Source: a bacterium (GTDB taxonomy: Bacteria > Electryoneota > JAOADG01). Taken from it: a DNA stretch of 64,000 nt. The DNA is taken from positions 8,213-72,212 of the forward strand of contig JAOADG010000012.1 of assembly GCA_026417415.1 (NCBI GenBank), given 5' to 3'. The first letter of the stretch is position 1. Every line of letters begins with the position of its first letter. Below, piece by piece: positions 39,755-48,819 of this stretch. The position numbers and the translations under genes were made by a program. The notes below the pieces were generated by a model. That model was not told the origin of the DNA and made no database searches. It was given only the letters and a program-made list of their open reading frames with translations.

Positions 39755-41497
39755 ATGCGAACAAACTACTGTGGGTTGTTATCAAGTCACGATTTAGGTA
39801 AGTCAGTAACTTTATGTGGATGGGTAGATAGAATTAGGGATTTAGGTGGTTTGGTGTTTATTGATTTGCGTGATCGTGAAGGGATTATCCAAATCAATGT
39901 ACCTCAAGGAGAACTGACAGAAATTGCAAAGCAATTAGGGCGCGAATACGTCATCCAAGTACAAGGCGAAGTCGTTAAGAAACCCGTTCCGAATCCTAAG
40001 TTAAATACAGGTGATATTGAAGTTTTGGCAAGTTCAATTGAAATTTTTTCCCCTGCAAATTTGCCTCCTTATGAATTAAGTGAACCCAATGTATCCGAAG
40101 AACTGCGATTGAAATATCGTTATTATGATTTAAGAAGACCGGAGCTACAAAACAATTTGCGTATTCGTGCAAAAGCGATGCGGTCTGTGCGATCGTTTTA
40201 TGATGCACATGGATTTATTGAAGTAGAAACACCTGTTTTAATGCGTTCCACACCTGAAGGTGCAAGAGATTACATTGTTCCATCACGCATCCATCAAGGG
40301 TGCTTTTATGCGTTACCTCAATCTCCACAACAGTACAAACAATTGTTAATGGTTGCAGGCTTTGATCGATACTACCAAATTGTAAAATGTTTTCGTGATG
40401 AAGATTTACGTGCAGATAGACAACCGGAGTTTACTCAAATTGATGTGGAAATGTCTTTTGTTAAGGAAAACGATGTAATGACTATTGCAGAAGAAATGGT
40501 GGTGGTGCTTTTTCAGGAGGTTTTACAAGTTCAGTTGCCGACACCGTTTCCAAAACTTGATTTTGAAACCGCAATGAAAATCTATGGTTCTGATAAGCCA
40601 GATTTACGTTTCCAACTACCACTAATTACGGTTACAAAGTATTTTCAAAATAGTGGTTTTCATGGTTTCGATCAGGAAGTTGAAAAAGGTGGTGAAGTCG
40701 TCGCGTTAAAACTACATGGACAATCTAATGTATCGCGTAAATCTTTAGATGTATGGCAAGAGAAAGCTAAAAAATATGGTCTTGCTGGTCTGGTGACCAT
40801 TAAAAAGCAAGAAAGTAATTTATCCTCAAGTATTTCTAAATTTGTCTCACCTACAACTATACAAAACGTTGCAAATGCACTTGAGATGGAAAACGGAGAT
40901 TTAGTGATATGTGCTGCTGCTGATCCGGAAACCATTTATCCTGCTTTTGGAAACTTACGAGTTTACTTTGCAAACGAATTCAATTTAATCAAGAAAAATC
41001 AGTGGGCACCTGTATGGGTAGTCGGTTTTCCATTGTTTGAATGGAATAAAGAAGAAAATCGTTGGACTGCGGTACATCATCCTTTTACATCGCCTATTCC
41101 AGAACATGAAAGTATCTTAGAATTGACTCCTGAACGTGTGAAAGCACGTGCTTATGACTTGGTTTTAAATGGAAATGAAATAGGTGGTGGTTCAATACGC
41201 AACCACCGTTCTGATTTACAAAAAAAAGTATTTTCTGTACTTGGTCTTTCTCAAGAAGAAGCAAAAGAGAAATTTGGGTACTTTTTAGAAGCATTGACTT
41301 ATGGTACACCACCTCACGGCGGTATTGCGTTTGGTTTCGACCGGATAGTTGCTTTACTATGCGGTGTGGATAACATTCGTGAAGTGATTGCGTTTCCGAA
41401 AACGACTACTGCAGCATCTCTTATGGATGGTTCACCTGCACCGGTGTCACCTAAGCAGTTACAAGAATTGGGAATACAAATTGTTCAATCAAAATGA
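39755..41497 (+). CDS. aspS: Aspartate-tRNA ligase
   Basis: MRTNYCG, FIDLRDREG, STPEGARDY, CFRDEDLRADRQPEFTQID, PPHGGIAFGFDR. Confidence 0.98.
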   Translation: MRTNYCGLLSSHDLGKSVTLCGWVDRIRDLGGLVFIDLRDREGIIQINVPQGELTEIAKQLGREYVIQVQGEVVKKPVPNPKLNTGDIEVLASSIEIFSPANLPPYELSEPNVSEELRLKYRYYDLRRPELQNNLRIRAKAMRSVRSFYDAHGFIEVETPVLMRSTPEGARDYIVPSRIHQGCFYALPQSPQQYKQLLMVAGFDRYYQIVKCFRDEDLRADRQPEFTQIDVEMSFVKENDVMTIAEEMVVVLFQEVLQVQLPTPFPKLDFETAMKIYGSDKPDLRFQLPLITVTKYFQNSGFHGFDQEVEKGGEVVALKLHGQSNVSRKSLDVWQEKAKKYGLAGLVTIKKQESNLSSSISKFVSPTTIQNVANALEMENGDLVICAAADPETIYPAFGNLRVYFANEFNLIKKNQWAPVWVVGFPLFEWNKEENRWTAVHHPFTSPIPEHESILELTPERVKARAYDLVLNGNEIGGGSIRNHRSDLQKKVFSVLGLSQEEAKEKFGYFLEALTYGTPPHGGIAFGFDRIVALLCGVDNIREVIAFPKTTTAASLMDGSPAPVSPKQLQELGIQIVQSK

Positions 41498-42525
41498 AAA
41501 AGAATTTATCTAAACAGACCTATAAAAAACAAAAGATTATACGTTGGGAGTTAGAACTTGGTTTAGATATTGGACCAGAATTGCTTGGACCCAATGATGC
41601 TCATATTCGTTATTTAGAACAATACTTTCTTTCTTCAATTACGGTTCGAGGTACCAATTTAGTAGTCCATGGTCCAGAAAATGAAAAGTCATTAATTGAA
41701 GCAGTTTTTCGTGATTTAATGACCATTTACCGTGAAAAAAAGATCCCAATCCATAGTAGAGATGTGGAAACGGCGGTTGCTTTAGCAGCCAATCCTATGA
41801 GTGCTCGTAATAATGGCAACCATAAAATTATTTCGCAAGAATCATCTTTAAGCGTTTCTACCATATCACCGTTGTTAAGGATACCGGTTCAAGCGAAATC
41901 AGAAGGACAAAAGAATTACCTTGAAAAATTAAAAAAGTATTCTATTCTATTTGTAACAGGTCCTGCAGGTTCCGGAAAAACCTACTTAGCTGTTGCTGTT
42001 GCGGTAGCAAGTTTGCTTGAAGGGTCAGTGGATCGAATTATTTTAGTTAGACCTGTAGTTGAAGCAGGAGAACATCTTGGTTTTTTACCCGGTGATATTA
42101 AAGAAAAAGTAGATCCCTATTTTCGTCCTATTTATGATGCTTTAATGGAATTGTTACCTTCTGATAAATTGAAAAAATTTCTTTATAGCGGAATGATAGA
42201 AATAGCACCACTTGCTTATATGCGTGGACGTACCTTAAACCGTTCTTTCATAATTTTAGATGAAGCGCAAAATACAACTAGCGGTCAAATGAAAATGTTT
42301 CTTACACGGATTGGAAGAGATTCGCGTGCGGTGATTACTGGAGATATTACACAGGTTGATTTACCTGATCACGTAACATCCGGCCTTACTGAGGCATTAG
42401 CCATACTCAAAGATGTGGATGGAGTCGGGCAAATTGAACTAAGCGGAAAAGATATTGTCAGACACGGTTTGGTGATTGAAATTGTTGCTGCATATGACCG
42501 CATGAGCAAATCTAAGAAAAAATGA
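41494..42525 (+). CDS. phoH: PhoH-family ATPase
   Basis: GPAGSGKT, RPVVEAGE.LGFLPGD, APLAYMRGRTL, DEAQNTT. Confidence 0.95.
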   Translation: MKKNLSKQTYKKQKIIRWELELGLDIGPELLGPNDAHIRYLEQYFLSSITVRGTNLVVHGPENEKSLIEAVFRDLMTIYREKKIPIHSRDVETAVALAANPMSARNNGNHKIISQESSLSVSTISPLLRIPVQAKSEGQKNYLEKLKKYSILFVTGPAGSGKTYLAVAVAVASLLEGSVDRIILVRPVVEAGEHLGFLPGDIKEKVDPYFRPIYDALMELLPSDKLKKFLYSGMIEIAPLAYMRGRTLNRSFIILDEAQNTTSGQMKMFLTRIGRDSRAVITGDITQVDLPDHVTSGLTEALAILKDVDGVGQIELSGKDIVRHGLVIEIVAAYDRMSKSKKK

Positions 42526-44744
42526 AACGTTCTTATTCATTTCGATGGATTGCTGTATCTTCGCTGGAAGAAAATCTTAAACGGCTACTCATCATTGGTT
42601 TAGCTACCTTTGCTTTAGTAGCTTTTTTACCAAATCCTTTTGGTAATGAATTTGCTGATTTACGTGTGGGTGCAGTGGCTACGGTTGAAATCATTGCACC
42701 TTTTGATTTTGAGATTTTAAAAGATCCGGAAGAGTTATCCCAAGAACGCTACACTGCACGAGAAAACACGCCTCCCGTAATTGAATATAATGATTCAATT
42801 TCCAAAGCAATCCTTCAAAAAGCTCAAAAACTACATCATTTTTTCAAAACGGAAATTCCAAAATTAGCGAAAAAAAATAATACACAAATAGATCCTATTG
42901 TAGATGAAATGGTAGTTTCCTTATGGCGCGATGATCAATATCTCATTGATCGAGAAAATTTGTGGTGGTTAATCAGAAAGTGGAATGAAAATGAAAAATC
43001 TATCTTGGATGCTCTTGACCGATGGTATGACTTGATTGACAAATTGGTTAATCGTGGTATTGCGGAGTTTCCTGAAAACAGTGCTAATCCGAAGATAACC
43101 ACGTTGAAAGATGGTGTAGCGGCAACCTCGGATCGCTCACTTTTTATTTCAACAGAAAATTTATCCCAAGAACTTCTTGAATTGTTACGCGAGCGCGAAC
43201 CTTCAGAAGAGTTTCTTCGTGTGGGTTATGATTTGATTAGACCGTTATTACAACCTAATTGGTACTACAATTATCAAGCAACACAAAAATTACGAGATGC
43301 AGCCGCCGCTGCAATTCCATCTGCCCAAGGGATTGTTCTAAAGGGTGAAAAAATCGTTGATCGAGGAAAAAGAATTGATCAAACGACCCTACAAGTTTTA
43401 AAATCACTTCAATTAAAACAAAATGAATTGTTGGCTTCGCAAGGGACTTGGGGGTGGTTGCTACCTAAAATTGGAAGAGGGTTTGTTGTCTTTCTATTGC
43501 TTACTCTATGGTTAGTTGTTTTGCTTACTTTGCGCTACGAAAAAGTGAGAAAATTCCGTGATGTTCTTTTAGCAATTGGATTAATTGGGGTACCTGAAGT
43601 AATCTTGGTTTATGGGATTTCATTAAACAATTTATCTATTTTTTTATTTCCTATCGCGGCATTTATTCTATCCATTTCGATATTGTATGATGTTGAAATA
43701 GCTTTAATTAGTATAGTCATCTACACAGGTTTAATGGTCGTTTTAGGTGAAGCAAGTTCAACATTAATTCTGTTTACTGTTTTATCCAGTGCTGTAGCAT
43801 TGGTATTTGTAAGTTCTATAACCTCAAGAAGCCAATTGTTTCGTTCAATTCCTGTCATCTTTATTGTTACCGCGTTTTTGATTGGTCTTCGAGTCCTAAC
43901 GGATGTACAATGGTCTGATCAAAATTTTAGTGATCTATCTGCCGGCTTGATGAATTCATTGGCAAGCCCATTAATTGCATTTGGTTTAATCGTGGCAGCA
44001 GAAAAGGTATTTCTATGGACAACCGACTTAACCTTTATTGAACTTGCGGATTTTAATCGCCCCGTTCTTCGAAAATTGGCACTGGAAGCGCCCGGAACCT
44101 TTCATCATTCGCTTTTAGTAGGTGCTTTATCTGAAGCAGCTGCAAGAGCCATTCAAGCCAATCCCATTTTGGCAAGGTGTATTGCCTATTATCATGATAT
44201 AGGAAAGTTGGATCTTCGCGAGTACTTCATTGAAAATCAAGTAGGAATAGAAAATCCTCACGATAAAATGTCACCTTTAGAATCTGCAAAGATTTTAAGA
44301 AAACATATCCAGCAAGGGATTGATAAAGCGAAAGAATTAAAGTTACCTGATGAAATCATTGCAGGTATTCCGGAACATCACGGTACCTCTATTATGAAAT
44401 ATTTTTATCAAAAGGCATTGGCACTATACTCAAACGAAGTGAATGAAGGCGATTATCGTTATAGTGGGCCTAAACCAAAAAGCAAAGAGACCGCAATTTT
44501 AATGCTTGCTGATAGCTGCGAAGCAATTAGTAGAACTTTGAAAAATCCATCTCGTCTCGAAATTCGTAAAGCAATACGTGAGATTATCCAGGAAAAAGTT
44601 AGTGATGGACAGTTAGTAAATTCTTCCCTTACCTTCACTGATCTTAAGAGAATTGAAACAGCATTTGTAACTGTATTAGATGGTATTTTACATAAAAGAA
44701 TTGTCTATCCGAGTAGTGTAAAGAAAATTGAGGGATTTGAATGA
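42522..44744 (+). CDS. 7TM-HD (HDIG) phosphohydrolase, PgpH/YqfF-like
   Basis: Extracytoplasmic domain, 7 TMs, APGTFHHS, YYHDIGK, YFIENQ, EHHGT, MLADSCEA. Confidence 0.92.
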   Translation: MKRSYSFRWIAVSSLEENLKRLLIIGLATFALVAFLPNPFGNEFADLRVGAVATVEIIAPFDFEILKDPEELSQERYTARENTPPVIEYNDSISKAILQKAQKLHHFFKTEIPKLAKKNNTQIDPIVDEMVVSLWRDDQYLIDRENLWWLIRKWNENEKSILDALDRWYDLIDKLVNRGIAEFPENSANPKITTLKDGVAATSDRSLFISTENLSQELLELLREREPSEEFLRVGYDLIRPLLQPNWYYNYQATQKLRDAAAAAIPSAQGIVLKGEKIVDRGKRIDQTTLQVLKSLQLKQNELLASQGTWGWLLPKIGRGFVVFLLLTLWLVVLLTLRYEKVRKFRDVLLAIGLIGVPEVILVYGISLNNLSIFLFPIAAFILSISILYDVEIALISIVIYTGLMVVLGEASSTLILFTVLSSAVALVFVSSITSRSQLFRSIPVIFIVTAFLIGLRVLTDVQWSDQNFSDLSAGLMNSLASPLIAFGLIVAAEKVFLWTTDLTFIELADFNRPVLRKLALEAPGTFHHSLLVGALSEAAARAIQANPILARCIAYYHDIGKLDLREYFIENQVGIENPHDKMSPLESAKILRKHIQQGIDKAKELKLPDEIIAGIPEHHGTSIMKYFYQKALALYSNEVNEGDYRYSGPKPKSKETAILMLADSCEAISRTLKNPSRLEIRKAIREIIQEKVSDGQLVNSSLTFTDLKRIETAFVTVLDGILHKRIVYPSSVKKIEGFE

Positions 44745-45163
44745 TTGACGTGATCAATTTGCATGAAAAATATCGCGTCAATAAAAGAGCGATTAGAAAA
44801 GCAGTACGAAAAACATTTCTAATTGAAAAGAAGAAATACGATCAAATTTGTGTCGTTTTAGTCAACGATGATAGGATAAAACAAATTCACTTGCAATATA
44901 TGAATGATAATTCAGCAACAGATGTAATCACTTTTGATTTAACTTGGTATGCTCAAAGAATTAGTGGAGATATTTTTATTTCATTAGATACTGCCAAAAT
45001 TAATGCAAAAGAGTTTCAGGTTACTTTACTAAATGAAGTTTTGCGTTTAGCTATTCACGGTGCTTTGCACTTATGTGGATATAAAGATAACTACGCAGTT
45101 CTTAGAAAAATAATGTCCGACAGAGAAAACCAAATTCTCAATGAATTACTCGAAATAAAATAA
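44741..45163 (+). CDS. ybeY: rRNA maturation endoribonuclease YbeY
   Basis: ATDVITF, GDIFIS, IHGALHLCGY. Confidence 0.93.
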   Translation: MIDVINLHEKYRVNKRAIRKAVRKTFLIEKKKYDQICVVLVNDDRIKQIHLQYMNDNSATDVITFDLTWYAQRISGDIFISLDTAKINAKEFQVTLLNEVLRLAIHGALHLCGYKDNYAVLRKIMSDRENQILNELLEIK

Positions 45164-45165
45164 CC

Positions 45166-46452
45166 ATGGAACCATTTCTGATAATCTTACTTTTTGTAGC
45201 CCTCTATTTTTTCCTTTTTATCATTGTTACTGTAGAGATTGCATTTTTTGCTTTAACGAAAAAGGACATGGATGTACTGAACAAAGAAAATGATTTTGAG
45301 AGAAAAATTATTATTTATCGTCGAAAACCCAGAGAAATCATTTTAACTTCAATCACAACGACTACAATTTTTTTATTAGCATTAGGTGTTTTAATCGCTT
45401 ACTGTACGAAATTGATCGCACATAATCAACTTAAAACCTTTACCACAATTAACTTGTTGATTTGGTTTTTCGTTCAAGTATTGGTGGTCATTTTAATAGG
45501 TGGAATACTACCTAGAATTTATGCAGTGGCTAATCCCATACAGACGTTAAGACGTTTTTTACCTGCGTTCTTTTTATTTTATAAAATCTTTTATCCCGTG
45601 GTCTCGCTCTTACGATTGATCACCACGAGGTTGGCAATTCTATTAGGTGTACACAAAGAGAGTTTGTACGTATCGGAAAGTTTTGTTTCAGCCATTGTAG
45701 AAGTAGAACAAGAAAATGATCACGTAACCGAAGAAGAAAGGAAAATGATTCGAGGGGTAATGGAGTTTGGTGATAAAACAGCAAAAGAAATCATGGTACC
45801 CCGTCCTGATGTAGTGTTTCTAAGTGTAGATATCAATATCCCAGATGCAATACGTTTGGTAAAAGAATCTCATCGGAGTAGAATTCCTGTTTATGAAGAG
45901 AACATTGATCATATCGTAGGTATTTTGTATGCAAAAGATTTATTGGGTGAGTTACCTGAAAATGCAACCATTCGTTCGTTATGTCGTGCTGCACATTCAG
46001 TTCCTGAATATAAAAAGGTAGATGAGTTGTTGAGGGAAATGCTGCGATTGCATATCCACATGGCAATCGTGATAGATGAATATGGTGGAACGTCAGGAGT
46101 TGTGACCTTGGAAGATATCGTAGAAGAGATCATCGGGGAAATACAAGATGAGTACGACCGTGATACGAAAAAAATCGAAATTGAATCTGAAAATTCATGG
46201 ATTGTGGAAGCGAGTTTTCTAACTTCAGAATTAAACCGAGAATTAGATACCACAGTGGTTCCAGAAAGTGATGAATATGACACAATTGGAGGTTATATTT
46301 TATCAATTGCAGGTCGTGTACCTGATATCGGTGAAGAATTCGCAGTTGGGAATTGGAAATTTATCGTTGTCAACAAATCACAAACTAGAATAAAAAAAAT
46401 TCGGATTATTAAAGAAGAAGTAGTACAGGATACTGAAGATGAATCTGAGTGA
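45166..46452 (+). CDS. HlyC/CorC (CNNM-CBS-CorC) family transporter
   Basis: N-terminal TMs, EIMVPRPD, SRIPVY, AIVIDEYGGTSGVVTLEDIVEEIIGEIQDEYD. Confidence 0.93.
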   Translation: MEPFLIILLFVALYFFLFIIVTVEIAFFALTKKDMDVLNKENDFERKIIIYRRKPREIILTSITTTTIFLLALGVLIAYCTKLIAHNQLKTFTTINLLIWFFVQVLVVILIGGILPRIYAVANPIQTLRRFLPAFFLFYKIFYPVVSLLRLITTRLAILLGVHKESLYVSESFVSAIVEVEQENDHVTEEERKMIRGVMEFGDKTAKEIMVPRPDVVFLSVDINIPDAIRLVKESHRSRIPVYEENIDHIVGILYAKDLLGELPENATIRSLCRAAHSVPEYKKVDELLREMLRLHIHMAIVIDEYGGTSGVVTLEDIVEEIIGEIQDEYDRDTKKIEIESENSWIVEASFLTSELNRELDTTVVPESDEYDTIGGYILSIAGRVPDIGEEFAVGNWKFIVVNKSQTRIKKIRIIKEEVVQDTEDESE

Positions 46453-47020
46453 TTTGTGGTTAAGATTGGGATATTGGTTAGCAAAACAAAGATATAAGAA
46501 TTACATTCGTAAAGATGAAACCTATTCGTTTCAACAAGGGTTGAAAATCAAAAAAATATTATTGTGTATGCCTGATTATAGCAATCAAGTTCCTGAAGCA
46601 GCAAATACTATTAATTATGTAAAAAGTTATTTTCAAAACTGTGAATTAAAAGTCATTTTTTATGATGCAATTGAAGCAAACATCCCAAACGAATATCGTT
46701 CGTGGGGAATGATGACCAACTCTTCGTTTGATATCTTTGGGATTCCTAAACGTACCTTTATTGAATCCATTAGAAGTGAAAAATGTGATATCGCGATAGA
46801 TTTAGCATGTCCTACGAATGAGGTGAATGATATTCTTTGTTTATTGTCCGGATGTAAATGGCATGCATCTTTAGAATACAAAGGGATGGATGCGAATTTT
46901 CTGTCTTCAGCAAATATCAAAGTGGTTGCTAAAAACGAAACTTCACGTGAACAGCAATATCGTACACTATTTCGAATTTTAGCAAATTTACAAAATCCTT
47001 TGAAACAGGTGAGAACCTAA
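46439..47020 (+). CDS. Hypothetical alpha/beta protein (DUF6913-like, glycosyltransferase-9 N-terminal-like)
   Basis: 193 aa, overlaps the hlyC end; FGIPK..FI......DIAIDL pattern. Confidence 0.55.
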   Translation: MNLSDLWLRLGYWLAKQRYKNYIRKDETYSFQQGLKIKKILLCMPDYSNQVPEAANTINYVKSYFQNCELKVIFYDAIEANIPNEYRSWGMMTNSSFDIFGIPKRTFIESIRSEKCDIAIDLACPTNEVNDILCLLSGCKWHASLEYKGMDANFLSSANIKVVAKNETSREQQYRTLFRILANLQNPLKQVRT

Positions 47021-47035
47021 CTAAAATAATGAAAA

Positions 47036-47170
47036 AGAAAGCAGAACGTGATGATTGTTCAATATCTTAACTTGAAGTGGGAACTGTTTGAGTGGTTGAT
47101 TCTTGTCGTAGTTGAATCAATCTCCAATCAGTTAAAAATCTTAGAAACACACCACAACGTTCTGCATTCT
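47036..47170 (+). ncRNA. Candidate structured RNA in the leader of rng
   Basis: Outer stem GCAGAACGT (47041-49)/ACGTTCTGC (47157-65); inner stems AACTG/CAGTT and TTGATTC/GAATCAA, separated from the outer stem by an A/T-rich bubble. Confidence 0.4.
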
Positions 47171-47192
47171 CAGAGTTGGAGAGTTTTTTTCA

Positions 47193-48728
47193 ATGAAAAA
47201 AGAAATAATAGTGAATGCTGCACCCAACGAAACCAGAATCGCCCTCCTGGAAGACGAAGTATTGGTGGAGCTATTTGTCCAAAGAGACGAGAACGAAAGA
47301 ACTGTTGGGGATATCTATCTTGGCAAAGTCCGTAAAGTCCTAGAAGGAATGCGGGCTGCATTCGTGGATATTGGATGGTCCCAAGATGCTTTTCTACATT
47401 TTTCTGACATTGGGTCTGGTGCATTATCCCTTGATAATTTATCCAGTTCACTAACAGAAGATGACATTGAATTAGACGATCGAGGTCGTGCAGAACGTGC
47501 CAAACTTAATGTTGGCGAAAATATATTAGTTCAAATTATTAAAGAACCAATTGGAACCAAAGGTCCAAGAATTACAAGTCAATTGGCTTTACCGGGTCGT
47601 TTTTGTGTTCTTTTGCCCGGTGAATTGGCAATTGGTGTATCGCGAAGAGTGGTTGATTTTCGCGAACGGAAGAGATTAAAAAGTTTAGCATCTGAGTTAA
47701 GGCCTGAAGGTTGTGGATTAATCATAAGAACGGTAGCTGAAAATAAGCCAGAAGATTTGATTCGTAAAGACGTTGAATCGCTCCATAAGTTTTGGAAAAT
47801 GATTGAAGCAAAGGCCAATCATTCAACCCCACCAACACTCATTTACAAAGATGTATCGGTTTCTGATTCCGTTATTCGAGATTTGTTTACTTCGGATATC
47901 GATCGGTTTGTGGTAGATAGTAAAGCTTTGTATCGCCAAACGGAGGAATACTTACGTAACGTCGCACCAAATTTATTGGATAGGTTAAGTTTATATACCG
48001 GGAAGGTGCCTATTTTTGATGCTTATCGGATAGAAGCAGAAATTGAAAAATCACTTATGAGAAAAGTGTGGTTAAAAGGTGGTGGATACATCATCATTGA
48101 TCACACAGAAGCATTGATCACAATAGATGTCAATAGTGGAAAATTTGTTGGAAAAAAGAATCACGAAGAAAATAGTTTACAAGTCAACATTCAAGCAGCA
48201 AGAGAAATTTGTCGTCAATTAAGGTTAAGAGATATTGGTGGACAGATAGTGATAGATTTTATAGATATGAATGATGAAAGAAATAAAAGAAAAGTTGAAG
48301 AAGAAATGAGACGTGAGTTAAAACGTGATCGTGCAAAAACAGATTTTGAACCGATTAGTCGTTTTGGATTGATGCAAATGACCCGACAACGGATAAAGCC
48401 CTCTTTAATTTTTACCTACAATCAACCTTGTCCAATGTGTGAGGGGTCTGGGCTTATTGCTTCCAAGGAAACAGTGGTCATTCAAATTGATCGTTGGTTA
48501 AAGCGATTTCGTGCAACATCAAAAGAATTAAGATTAAAAATCACTGTCCATCCAGACATCTATGGATTTTTAACAGGGGGAATAAAAAGCCAAATCAATC
48601 AAATGATGTGGCATCACAAAATCTTTATTACCTTAGTTGCGGATGCTACATTAAAAATTCACCAATTTCAAGTATATAGTTACAAACAAAAAAGAGATAT
48701 CACTGAAGATTTCTTACAATCGGTGTGA
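47193..48728 (+). CDS. rng: Ribonuclease G (Rne/Rng family)
   Basis: VGDIYLGKV, AAFVDIG, KEPIGTKGPR, IDVNSG, RQLRLRDIGG.IVIDFIDM, CPMCEG.G; no long C-terminal scaffold. Confidence 0.93.
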   Translation: MKKEIIVNAAPNETRIALLEDEVLVELFVQRDENERTVGDIYLGKVRKVLEGMRAAFVDIGWSQDAFLHFSDIGSGALSLDNLSSSLTEDDIELDDRGRAERAKLNVGENILVQIIKEPIGTKGPRITSQLALPGRFCVLLPGELAIGVSRRVVDFRERKRLKSLASELRPEGCGLIIRTVAENKPEDLIRKDVESLHKFWKMIEAKANHSTPPTLIYKDVSVSDSVIRDLFTSDIDRFVVDSKALYRQTEEYLRNVAPNLLDRLSLYTGKVPIFDAYRIEAEIEKSLMRKVWLKGGGYIIIDHTEALITIDVNSGKFVGKKNHEENSLQVNIQAAREICRQLRLRDIGGQIVIDFIDMNDERNKRKVEEEMRRELKRDRAKTDFEPISRFGLMQMTRQRIKPSLIFTYNQPCPMCEGSGLIASKETVVIQIDRWLKRFRATSKELRLKITVHPDIYGFLTGGIKSQINQMMWHHKIFITLVADATLKIHQFQVYSYKQKRDITEDFLQSV

Positions 48729-48819
48729 TATTATCAAATCATAGACAATAGCCATAAAACAATAGCAGTTTTATGGTTTACAATATACATTAGTTCATAG
48801 ATTTCTAAGGAGGCGGTTT

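Noticed and set aside
45050-45095. YbeY third zinc His replaced (HGALHLCGYKD)
   Set aside because: I recall this GYxD variant as common in Bacteroidota-related YbeY, so it is not evidence of inactivation.
47048-47335. 95-aa ORF spanning the rng leader
   Set aside because: It overlaps rng out of frame and has no recognisable features; the nested complementarity is better explained as RNA structure.
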